The notes beneath the pieces were generated by a model that had not been told where the DNA came from, searched no databases, and saw nothing but the letters and a program-made list of their open reading frames with translations. Source: Thermoplasmata archaeon (GTDB taxonomy: Archaea; Thermoplasmatota; Thermoplasmata; UBA10834; DTMW01). Taken from it: a DNA stretch of 64,000 bases. The stretch lies in the NCBI GenBank assembly GCA_038852105.1, contig JAWCKK010000003.1, forward strand, positions 68,819 through 132,818, in the 5' to 3' direction. A program made the translations under genes and the position numbers. Positions 51,705 through 62,128 of this stretch are shown piece after piece (within the stretch, counting starts at the first letter, position 1; every line of letters begins with the position of its first letter).

Positions 51705-51855
51705 TTGATATCTCCCCTAGTTCGCAGAAGTCAATCAATCTGCAATCTTCCTTTCAAATGCGCCTTGTTTATGAGTTGATTTGTATCTCCCGAGAAAAAT
51801 GCTGATGTTCCAATATATCGCATCATTGCCTTAGAGATATCCTTATAACCTGACT
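51705..51855 (-). pseudogene. Decayed remnant of the 16S 3' end (and the few trailer bases next to it)
   Basis: Collinear patchy similarity to 53718-53865 at an offset of ~2010 (ATCTGCA, CCTTGTT, CATCAT....TTAG, TGAC). Confidence 0.65.
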
Positions 51856-51950
51856 TTATTATTACACGATTGCTAAGGATTTGTACGCATATCAATGCCA
51901 TATTCATTGATGCGTGCAATCTTCTATTAATTTGGTCGGAGACGATATGA

Positions 51951-53546
51951 ATGAATGAAAACAAGATTAGGGGATATTTATCGGCGTGCCTGGGCGCGAT
52001 GCTCATGCTTTCGTTTGTCCTTGCGACAATGCCGATTGCATCCGCAGCATTGCAGACTACTTGGGAATACGAAACGCCTTTGATGGCTGATCAGACACAA
52101 TCAGTTTTTGTCGCAGATAGAGCGAACGGGAACATCTATATCATCGGCGGTGCAGACGGTGTGACTCCCGGCATTAGCTATAAGAAGACATCAAATAACG
52201 TCACTGTTTATAATGTAGCGACTGGTCAATCGCATCATCTTGCGCCGTTACCAACAGGCACAAGGGCAGCAAGTGGAGGCCTCGGAGAAGATGGCAGAAT
52301 ATACATCTTTGGCGGATATAACGACTCAATAGGAACTTCGCTGGGCTATACCCAAATCTACGATATCGCAACTGATACCTGGACCATGGGCGCCTCAATG
52401 CCCACGGCATCGGGCTTCACTTCGTGTGCAGTTATCTGGCCTAAATTCTATGTCATAAGTGGCACGGCGACTATCGGGGTCCAAGTATACGATGCTTCGA
52501 CTGATTCGTGGTCTGCCGCTCCATCGCTCCCAGAGCAGAGAGTTGGTTCAACCGCGGTCTTCAATCCGCATGAATATGCAATATTCGTTATTGGTGGCGG
52601 TACCTGGTTTGATACGGCATCCGATACCGTGTACAAATGGTACCCATGGAGCAGCGCATGGACCACTGTATCTTCTCTTCCCATGGCTCGCTCAGCATCG
52701 GCGGCTACGGTGGGAGAAGACGGATTGATCTACGTCGCGGGCGGTTCGGATAAGGGATATAACGTGGTCGGCGATGTATTCGCGGAAGTATTTTGCTTCA
52801 ACCCGGAAAATGACACTTGGTTTTCCGCATCTAGTCTAAACCTTCCGAGAAAGTATCTCGGCCTGGTATCTATGCCGGACGGAATGATATATGCTATCGG
52901 AGGCAACAATAAGACGGCAATATTCCCAACAGTCGAATCTCTTAAGCCTCTTGATGAAACGGTCTGGCTTTCGGCCTCTTCCGTCGAGAAGGGAAGCCAT
53001 CTCTTTGTAAACTTCAAGTTAGAGTCCGCGTATGCTATCCATGAATCATCTAATGCGTATTATTACATAGAATCAAGCACTGGTGTTGTCTATCCTTGGA
53101 ATTGGATAGATTTCCCAGCCGGACTCGCTTCTCTTCCCATTGAGATTCCTGTATCTATGCCGGTCGGAAGCTATGAACTCCACATCCATTGGGAAGCAAA
53201 TTTTGATACTGCAGCAGACTGGTACATCGGAGAAAGAGTCTTGATTTTCAGTGTGACACAGGGAACACAGCTAACAGATTTATCTGATCAGCTGGACGAT
53301 TTAAAGGAACAAATTGGTGATTTGCAGGAGAAGCTTAATGCGCTGAACAGTTCCTTGAATCAGAAGACGGACAATCTCTCTGACGAGATGGACAGCCTGG
53401 GAAATGAATTGGGACAATCGGTCGATGACGCATCCAATGCCGCGAATTCGGCCAATACGATGGCAATGCTTGCGATGATTCTCGCACTGATAGCAGTGAT
53501 ACTCATCGCGCTCAATCTTGTCATCAGCATGCGCAAGAAGAGCTAA
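51951..53546 (+). CDS. Secreted Kelch-repeat protein with extra beta domain, coiled coil and C-terminal TM anchor (Kelch-2)
   Basis: Signal peptide ending ASA; Kelch repeats; AANSANTMAML-TM tail similar to Kelch-1. Confidence 0.85.
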   Translation: MNENKIRGYLSACLGAMLMLSFVLATMPIASAALQTTWEYETPLMADQTQSVFVADRANGNIYIIGGADGVTPGISYKKTSNNVTVYNVATGQSHHLAPLPTGTRAASGGLGEDGRIYIFGGYNDSIGTSLGYTQIYDIATDTWTMGASMPTASGFTSCAVIWPKFYVISGTATIGVQVYDASTDSWSAAPSLPEQRVGSTAVFNPHEYAIFVIGGGTWFDTASDTVYKWYPWSSAWTTVSSLPMARSASAATVGEDGLIYVAGGSDKGYNVVGDVFAEVFCFNPENDTWFSASSLNLPRKYLGLVSMPDGMIYAIGGNNKTAIFPTVESLKPLDETVWLSASSVEKGSHLFVNFKLESAYAIHESSNAYYYIESSTGVVYPWNWIDFPAGLASLPIEIPVSMPVGSYELHIHWEANFDTAADWYIGERVLIFSVTQGTQLTDLSDQLDDLKEQIGDLQEKLNALNSSLNQKTDNLSDEMDSLGNELGQSVDDASNAANSANTMAMLAMILALIAVILIALNLVISMRKKS

Positions 53547-53624
53547 ACGGAGCATTTTCCAAACCCTTTCCGATATCTCTTCTTTTTGTTTTCTATGGAA
53601 ATCTTGAGCTTTATCTGGTCATAT

Positions 53625-53738
53625 AGAAAAATATGTCCGTGGCGCCTGATGAGAACTCTTTAGTGCTTGCAATCCCGCCTTGGCAATCGCCTGTGGCGGT
53701 ATGGTGAGGAGAGACTTGTGGTCTCCCCTCGGTTTCGT
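53625..53738 (-). other. 16S rRNA 3' trailer forming the processing stem, with BHB half at 53655-53669
   Basis: RNA CAAG-CACU-AAA-GAGU pairs with leader AUUC-GGUG-AAA-CUUG; flanking helices are also complementary. Confidence 0.8.
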
Positions 53739-55206
<1,468 letters not shown>

Positions 55207-55400
55207 TGTTGGTTGATTTCGCCGACATCTCTCGATTCTATTCGGTCGCCAAATCCGGCAACTGCCGTTTGCTGGCGGAGTTACAAGTTTCACCGAATAT
55301 GCGTAGTATTCCCTGCATCATGCATATGCTGCATGCGCACAGAATCGCCATTATTCTCATCAAGCGTCAGAATCAAGAGGGCACGGCACAAAGCCGGATA
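55207..55400 (-). other. 16S rRNA 5' leader, with BHB half at 55284-55298
   Basis: Segments CUUGUAACUCCGCC, GGCAGUUGCC and CGCUUGAUGAGAAU complement the trailer. Confidence 0.75.
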
Positions 55401-55527
55401 TCTTGATCCTCCACGTTGTCCGCAGCGCAGGAAACCAGATTGTTCACCAGTTGGGCGACGCGCCCCAATCCCAATCTTCGCCAATAGCGCTGCCAATCAA
55501 TTGGGCGTTGCCCTCTAAGACAGCACC

Positions 55528-55536
55528 TGTATAAAT
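55528..55536 (-). promoter_or_regulatory. Putative TATA box of the 16S gene
   Basis: TTTATACA on the minus strand, ~320 nt upstream of the mature 5' end. Confidence 0.5.
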
Positions 55537-55874
55537 GCGTTTCTGATTCGAAACGTCATTTCAGGAGCTATCTCTATCAACGCCCCCGAGATACAATCTT
55601 TGTCGTTTCTGGGATATTAATTTTTCTTTTATTCGGACGAGTTATTGAATCTGCAGCATCTCATTCGTGCAAGCGTCTGCTTGTCCATATTTGCAGCGTC
55701 AAAATTCATTTCGGAGCTTTTGCACTCATCGCTCCGATTTCTTCTGGAAAAGCAATGAGATGTTTTGCGAATCGAAATCCTAAGCTTTTTCTAAATGGTC
55801 AGCATACGACCAGCGAGCCGATTCAATATCGCGGTCGGTGCGGCGGGGAAGAACGCAATTGGAGGTGAACAACC

Positions 55875-57308
55875 TTGGCAATCGCTCGATTCAGATTTCT
55901 GGACAAGAACGAGGAGGACATCATACACCAACAGAGCGTCAGATGTCTCGGTGAGGTAGGCATTGCCGTCAGAAGCAAGCAGGTGCAGCAGATGCTTGCG
56001 GACGCGGGGGCCGAAGTCGACGGCAAGTCCGGCATAGTAAAGATTCCCGAGTCTCTGATAGACGATTCGGTGCGAAAGGCTCCGAAGAGCTTCACGCTTC
56101 ATGCCAGGAATTCAAAATACGATCTTCACCTGCCGGTAGACGGCATACCTTATGTCGGCACCACGGGCTTGTCGATACATATGACCGACATAGACACGGG
56201 AGAGCAGAGGATGGCAACTCGCAAGGACCTTGTAGATTTCGCGAGGCTCGGCGACGCTCTCGAGGAGGTCGATTTCATGTGGAGCATGATTATCCCGCGC
56301 GATGTGCCGCAGGAGGTGCATACCGCATACGAGCTCTGGATATCTATGACAAACTGCTCGAAGCACTTCCAGCAGATTGAGTGCAGGAACGCCGAGGATG
56401 CGAGAATGCAGATAAAGCTCGGTTCGCTGCTGGCAGGAGGGGAGAAGGAGCTTCGGAAGCGCCCGATATTCTCCGTTCTCATTTCGCCCGATTCACCATT
56501 GGTCATGCGCAAGGATGCGGCCGAAGCGCAGGTAGAGCTCGCAAAGGCCGGTATCCCGATAATCTCGATGACAATGCCTCTTTCGGGCCTCACCGCACCG
56601 ATCACCATTGCCGGCACGCTGGTTATCGTCAATGCCGAGAACCTGGCCAGTCTTGTCGTCACTCAGCTTGCCTCTCCTGGCAATCCTCATATCTATGCCT
56701 CAGACGCCGTCCCGGGCGATATGGCGACCGGCGATGTCGGATATGAATCTCCCGAGGTGCCTGCAATGTTCGCCGGGATGGCGCAGATGGCTCGGAGATA
56801 CGGTCTCCCGTGCATCTGCGGGGATTGGGGACTCTGCTCGGGTTCCACGCCGGGGATACACAAGTCGTTCTCGGAGGTCTCGAGCACCGCGCTCGACACA
56901 TTCTCCGGAACTGACATGATATCAGGCATCGGTTCGACCGATGTGGCAAAGGGATCTTCCTTGGAGCAGATGGTAATCGACGCGTTCATGTGGAAAAACT
57001 GGAAAGGATTTCTGAGAAAATTCACGATCGATGAGCAATCTGCCGCTCTGGATGTCATAAAGGCGGTCGGACACGGCAACACATTCCTGACGCACCCTCA
57101 TACTCTCCGGAACTTCCGGAAGGAACTTTATTTCAGGGACGCGAAGGTGTCCGCCTGGGAAATGACGCTTTCGGACAAGATGGTGCCGGAAGCGCGCGAG
57201 ATCGCCAAGAAGATACTCAAGGAGTATTCCCCTGAGCCGATGGATAAATCCATCCTTTCAGAAGGCGAGCGCCTCATCAGAGAATACGAGAAGAAGTTCG
57301 CGGGATAG
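55875..57308 (+). CDS. MttB-superfamily (trimethylamine/quaternary amine) methyltransferase, non-pyrrolysine
   Basis: KAPKSFTLHARN, TAPITIAGTLV..NAENLA, ARRYGLP, EQMVID, GNTFLTHPHT; SD GGAGGTGA before a TTG start. Confidence 0.9.
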   Translation: MAIARFRFLDKNEEDIIHQQSVRCLGEVGIAVRSKQVQQMLADAGAEVDGKSGIVKIPESLIDDSVRKAPKSFTLHARNSKYDLHLPVDGIPYVGTTGLSIHMTDIDTGEQRMATRKDLVDFARLGDALEEVDFMWSMIIPRDVPQEVHTAYELWISMTNCSKHFQQIECRNAEDARMQIKLGSLLAGGEKELRKRPIFSVLISPDSPLVMRKDAAEAQVELAKAGIPIISMTMPLSGLTAPITIAGTLVIVNAENLASLVVTQLASPGNPHIYASDAVPGDMATGDVGYESPEVPAMFAGMAQMARRYGLPCICGDWGLCSGSTPGIHKSFSEVSSTALDTFSGTDMISGIGSTDVAKGSSLEQMVIDAFMWKNWKGFLRKFTIDEQSAALDVIKAVGHGNTFLTHPHTLRNFRKELYFRDAKVSAWEMTLSDKMVPEAREIAKKILKEYSPEPMDKSILSEGERLIREYEKKFAG

Positions 57309-57322
57309 AAAGGGCGAGAGAT

Positions 57323-58750
57323 ATGGCTGTCACAAGACTTAAGTTCCTGTGCAAGGACGAGGAGGAGATTGTTCATTCGCTAACGCTCAGGGTGCTCGAG
57401 ACCATCGGCGTGTTGATTCGGAGCAAAGAAGTCCTGACGATGCTCGATAATGCGGGAGCGGCCGTCGATTTCAAATCGGGGATCGCCAGAATTCCGGAAA
57501 GCCTTGTCAAGGAATCACTGGCAAAGGCTCCGAAGAGCATCAGGATGTGCGCTCGGAACAAGAAATACGATATGCATCTTCCCGTTGACGCGGTTCCTTA
57601 TTGTGCGACAACGGGTTTGGCCATATACATGAAAGACATGGAAACCGGAGAGCAGAGGGAGACGACACGAGCAGATCTCGCGCAGTTCGCCAAGCTCGCG
57701 GATGCGCTACCACAGGTGGATTTCTTCTGGCCCTCTGTCACGGCGGGAGACGTACCGCAACAGATACACACGATACATGAGCTATGGGTTTCGTTGCAGA
57801 ATCAGACAAAGCACATCCAGGGGGATTCGGTGAGCGCGATTGATGCCCGAAAGCAGATTGAGCTAGCATCCATGGTCGTCGGCGATGAGGATGAACTGAG
57901 GAAGCGCCCGATATTCTCGGTCGTGTCATGCCCGATAGCCCCCCTGTCCTTCGAGCGAGGCGCAATCGAGGGGCAAGTCGAGTTTGCAAAGGCGGGGATC
58001 CCCGTCTGTTCATTGTCTATGTCTCTTTCTGGTGGTTCCGCGCCGATAACGATGGCCGGGACGATAGTCAACGCGAATGCTGAGAACCTCGCGAGCCTCG
58101 TGATAACTCAGATTGCGTCTCCCGGCGCTCCGCACATTTACGGTTCCAACTCAAGCCCGATTAGCATGCAAACCGGGAACATCAATTACGAGGCGGTCGA
58201 GACCCCGATGATCGCCGCCGCGGCCGGCCAAATGGCGAGACGATATGGTCTCCCATCTCAGGTTGCAGACTGGGGCGTCGATGCGGATGACATCGGCGTG
58301 ATGAAATCCATATGCGAACTGACAAGCACCGCTCTCACCATGTTCGCCAACTCCGATTTATCCCAAGGATTCGGCTCGTTCCAATCAGCGAAGGGCGCAT
58401 CTCTTGAGCAGATGGTCATCGACGCGTATATGTGGGAGAACTACCGCGCGTTCATGAGGAAGATAGTCGTGAGCGAGGAGACTGCCGCCTTGGACGTCAT
58501 AAAGGCGGTGGGCCAGGGAGGCACGTTCCTGACCAATCCCCACACCATGCGTAACTTCAAGAAGGAGCTGTATTTCCGCGATAAGAAAAAGCTTGCATGG
58601 GAGGCGACCCTTTCAAACAAGATGGTCCCAGAAGCGAGAGAGATAGCCAGGAGACTGCTCAGGGAGCATTCAGTCACCCCCATAGACAAGGACATTATCA
58701 AGAGAGGGGACCAGCTCATCAAAGAATATGAGCGGACGATGATTGCCTGA
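57323..58750 (+). CDS. MttB-superfamily methyltransferase, non-pyrrolysine, tandem paralog
   Basis: Same motifs; clearly similar to the upstream gene. Confidence 0.9.
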   Translation: MAVTRLKFLCKDEEEIVHSLTLRVLETIGVLIRSKEVLTMLDNAGAAVDFKSGIARIPESLVKESLAKAPKSIRMCARNKKYDMHLPVDAVPYCATTGLAIYMKDMETGEQRETTRADLAQFAKLADALPQVDFFWPSVTAGDVPQQIHTIHELWVSLQNQTKHIQGDSVSAIDARKQIELASMVVGDEDELRKRPIFSVVSCPIAPLSFERGAIEGQVEFAKAGIPVCSLSMSLSGGSAPITMAGTIVNANAENLASLVITQIASPGAPHIYGSNSSPISMQTGNINYEAVETPMIAAAAGQMARRYGLPSQVADWGVDADDIGVMKSICELTSTALTMFANSDLSQGFGSFQSAKGASLEQMVIDAYMWENYRAFMRKIVVSEETAALDVIKAVGQGGTFLTNPHTMRNFKKELYFRDKKKLAWEATLSNKMVPEAREIARRLLREHSVTPIDKDIIKRGDQLIKEYERTMIA

Positions 58751-58763
58751 GCGTTTTACTCTC

Positions 58764-59867
58764 TTATTGCCTTCGGACTATTATCGTCAGAATGTCTCCA
58801 TCGGCCAATACATGATCGAGCCCCACTATCTGTCCTGGGAATTTCGCGCTCTTTCCCCATACCTGGGCGTATCTGAACTTTTTGCGGAACTCCCGGTGCA
58901 GCGCGTCGCAGACACCGCCAACATCCGTGCCTTTCCGTATAACGAGAGGCTCTTCCATGTCCGCCTCCTTTCCCTGAGGCTTCATATATACTCTGACGAG
59001 ATCGAGGGCCTCGAATATCCTGTCCTTTACAAGCTCGATATTCTCGTTCTTCTCAGCGGATATCGGGACGACCTGCCAATCCTTGAATCTCTTCTGGATC
59101 TCAGCAAGGTATGGCTCGTTCACAAGATCTATCTTGTTGATGACGACGATCGCCTTGGCGTAATGCCTGTTTTTCGCGAGCGCGTCTATCAACCGGTCCT
59201 CGTCCACGTCCTCCCTGATCACGACGGCTGCATTTGCGATTCCAAACTCCCTCAGCATCTCTCTAACGAGGTCCTCGTCGATCCTCGTCAGCTTCACGGT
59301 TGAATTGACATCTATTCCTCCGCGTGTCCTCCGCGATATTTGAACATCCGGAGGTCTCGTGTTCAGCCTTATCCCAGCAGCGTAAAGCTCGTCGAGCAGC
59401 ACGTTGAGGTTAGTCTCGAACACGTCTATCATCAAGACGATGAGATCGGCAGACCTAACGACTGAGATAATCTCCTTGCCCCTCCCCCTCCCTTTCGATG
59501 CGTCTCTAATAAGTCCCGGAAGGTCAAGTACCTGGATCTTCGCCCCTCTATACTCCAGAAGGCCGGGCACGACATCTAGCGTGGTAAAATCATATGCGCC
59601 GACCTCGCTCCTTGCATTCGTAATCCTGTTCAAAAGGGTGGACTTGCCGACGCTCGGGAACCCCACAAGAGCGACCGTTGCGTTCCCTGATTTCTTCACA
59701 GCATAGCTTGGACCCGCGCTCTTCTTTGACCTGCGCTTCTCCGTCTCTTCCTTGAGATGAGCCAGCTTGGCCTTCAGCCTGCCAATATGGTGCTGAGATT
59801 TCTTGTTATAAGGCGTGTTGCGGATTTCCTCTTCTATCTGCTTGATCTGCTCTTCGATAGTCGCCAT
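58764..59867 (-). CDS. DRG/Rbg1-family GTPase with TGS domain
   Basis: GFPSVGKST, YDFTTL, DLPG, NKID, VGLDHVLADGD. Confidence 0.95.
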   Translation of the reverse strand: MATIEEQIKQIEEEIRNTPYNKKSQHHIGRLKAKLAHLKEETEKRRSKKSAGPSYAVKKSGNATVALVGFPSVGKSTLLNRITNARSEVGAYDFTTLDVVPGLLEYRGAKIQVLDLPGLIRDASKGRGRGKEIISVVRSADLIVLMIDVFETNLNVLLDELYAAGIRLNTRPPDVQISRRTRGGIDVNSTVKLTRIDEDLVREMLREFGIANAAVVIREDVDEDRLIDALAKNRHYAKAIVVINKIDLVNEPYLAEIQKRFKDWQVVPISAEKNENIELVKDRIFEALDLVRVYMKPQGKEADMEEPLVIRKGTDVGGVCDALHREFRKKFRYAQVWGKSAKFPGQIVGLDHVLADGDILTIIVRRQ

Positions 59868-59888
59868 TTCTGTGTCACTTGCGAGAAA

Positions 59889-60839
59889 TCATCTGGTGAT
59901 ATGTGTACCTTCGCCTTTCGTGACGGAGGCCTCGAGTTTTGCCAGCGAGGTTATGATGGCTTCCTCCCCTTTATGTTCCAGGAACCTGATAGCAGCCACG
60001 ATTTTCGGGGCCATCGAACCTTTTCCGAAGTGCCCCTCTTTCAGGTACGTCTTTGCGCCTTCTAGCGTCATATGCTTTATCGGCCTCTGCTGAGGCGTCC
60101 CGTAGTTCAGGTAGGCGTAGTCGACATCGGTGAGCATGATGAAAAGCTTCTCCTCGATGTCTATTGCCAGCCTGCACGCCGCCAAATCCTTGTCGACAAC
60201 CGCTTCTACGCCGATGTACTTCCCGTCCTTTCTTATAACAGGGATGCCGCCGCCCCCGCAGGCGATTATCAGCTCCACCTGGTGCTCCCCTCCGAAAATC
60301 AGCCTCCGCATCGCGCGCGACTCGACGATTCTTTTCGGGGCGGGAGATGGCACCAGCCTTCGGTATCCGTCTTGGTCTGCCTCGTATCCGAATACCCAGC
60401 CCTTCTCCTTGGAGAATCTTTCCGCTTCCTCTCGAGTGTAATACATCCCGACGGGCTTCGTCGGGGTGTTGAAGGCAGGGTCATCCTCGTCAACTACGAC
60501 TTGGGTCAGTACGGATATGGCGATCTTGTTGATGTTCCGTTTCGCGAGCTCGTTGGTGAGCGATTGCTGCAGCATGTATCCGATCAAGCCCTGGCTTTCC
60601 GCGACCAGCGCATCTAGCGGCATCTCGGGGACTTCCTTCCTGCAGAGCTCATTCTGCAGCAGTATGTTTCCCACCTGGGGTCCGTTTCCGTGAGTGAGAA
60701 CAATGTCGTAATCCATCTGAATCAAATCGACCAGCTGCTTCGCAGTCTCTTTCAGTCTCTCCATTTGATTTTCGAATGTGAGCTTCTTGCCAGGAGCTAT
60801 CAATGCGTTCCCGCCGATTGCGACCACGGCCGTCTTCAT
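59889..60839 (-). CDS. arcC: Carbamate kinase
   Basis: AIGGNAL, THGNGPQVG, PTKPVG, RRLVPSP, VEAVVDKD, GSMAPK. Confidence 0.95.
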   Translation of the reverse strand: MKTAVVAIGGNALIAPGKKLTFENQMERLKETAKQLVDLIQMDYDIVLTHGNGPQVGNILLQNELCRKEVPEMPLDALVAESQGLIGYMLQQSLTNELAKRNINKIAISVLTQVVVDEDDPAFNTPTKPVGMYYTREEAERFSKEKGWVFGYEADQDGYRRLVPSPAPKRIVESRAMRRLIFGGEHQVELIIACGGGGIPVIRKDGKYIGVEAVVDKDLAACRLAIDIEEKLFIMLTDVDYAYLNYGTPQQRPIKHMTLEGAKTYLKEGHFGKGSMAPKIVAAIRFLEHKGEEAIITSLAKLEASVTKGEGTHITR

Positions 60840-60984
60840 GCTGAGCCCCCTTGACTGTATCCTGAATGGGCTCACGAGTTTATTTGTATATGGTGTTTTG
60901 ATTCAAACAACAGTCTGGCGACCACTAGCATTTTTCGGGTTCCAATCGCCATCTTTATTACGAAGCGATGTTTTGGAGCCCTCG

Positions 60985-62013
60985 ATGGCGGAAGACATCA
61001 AACCTGTCACAGAATTGAAGTCCGAGCGACCTTTGAGCATGCTTGAAAGAATACGGAAAAGCAAGTTCAAGTTCCTTCTCATCATATCGATCGCATGCCT
61101 GGTCTTCACGCCTTTCGCATCGGTTGACCTTTGTCTCTCCGGGGCGATTCTGTCCGTCGCGTTGATTATCCTGTTCTGGCTGTTCCAGGAAAACAACATA
61201 TGGCATCAGCTGGGGATCGGCGTGGTCGCATTCTGTTTGGCAGCATTGATAATGTCCGCGATATTCATCGGATATCTGACGACCGAGCCCGATGAGCAGC
61301 TCCAGAGCATTGAATCCACCACTAACCCGAAGCTCAGTAACGGGCACGTCGCGCCGTTCCGTGGGAACGAAGATACGCTCTTCAACTACACGATTTCCGT
61401 GAGAGCCAACTCGAACTCGGCCAATATTTCCGCCCATGTCATAATCGTGGAGGATGTTTTCTTCACTTACGGCACCGAACGAAATGAAACGATGCACTCA
61501 TATTCCAGTTATTCTCCGGACAACAGTTCCTGGGTATTCAACTTCTCATACACTACCCATTTGACAAAAATGATCAACAGCTATATGTTCAATGTCAGCG
61601 TCGACGGCATCTGGTACCAGGCGGGAATTCCCACAGAGGGCGGGATTCAATTCGGTTACGGACCGGTCACATCCGATACGATGGCAATTTTCGGGAACGT
61701 AGCGCAGGCATTCACTATGTATCTCTTCGTCTACTCATTCATGCCGTTCCTGATATTGGTTCTATTCTATAGGTTCTCGATAAAATCAAAGGACGCGAGA
61801 ACGAAGATGCTCGAGGAGTACAAGCGTCTTAAGGCAGAGAAGGCCGGACAGCCTCTTCTTGAAAAGCCGAAAGAAGAAACATTCGTCTGCTCCGAGTGCG
61901 GCGCCGAGGTACAGGCAAGCGCGAAGTTCTGCCCGAATTGCGGAGAGCCGTTCGAAGAAGAGGAGTCGCCCGAACCTAAGACCAGCCAGTCGAAAGAGGC
62001 GAAAAAGGATTAG
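60985..62013 (+). CDS. Membrane protein with extracellular domain and C-terminal zinc ribbon
   Basis: 3 TM, a loop rich in N-x-S/T sequons, a TM, then CSECG...FCPNCG. Confidence 0.75.
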   Translation: MAEDIKPVTELKSERPLSMLERIRKSKFKFLLIISIACLVFTPFASVDLCLSGAILSVALIILFWLFQENNIWHQLGIGVVAFCLAALIMSAIFIGYLTTEPDEQLQSIESTTNPKLSNGHVAPFRGNEDTLFNYTISVRANSNSANISAHVIIVEDVFFTYGTERNETMHSYSSYSPDNSSWVFNFSYTTHLTKMINSYMFNVSVDGIWYQAGIPTEGGIQFGYGPVTSDTMAIFGNVAQAFTMYLFVYSFMPFLILVLFYRFSIKSKDARTKMLEEYKRLKAEKAGQPLLEKPKEETFVCSECGAEVQASAKFCPNCGEPFEEEESPEPKTSQSKEAKKD

Positions 62014-62128
62014 TCATTCTGGCTTTTGATACTCACGAGAAATTTATTTAATATGAATCGAATTATGGAACGGGATGCATTCGTAGAATATTGACAGCAT
62101 CTTTGGATTGCCAGTCGGAGGTCTATCT

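Noticed and set aside
57306..57325. TAG stop of the first mttB as a pyrrolysine read-through fusing the two paralogs
   Set aside because: The second gene starts 14 nt later, out of frame, and the first protein is already full length
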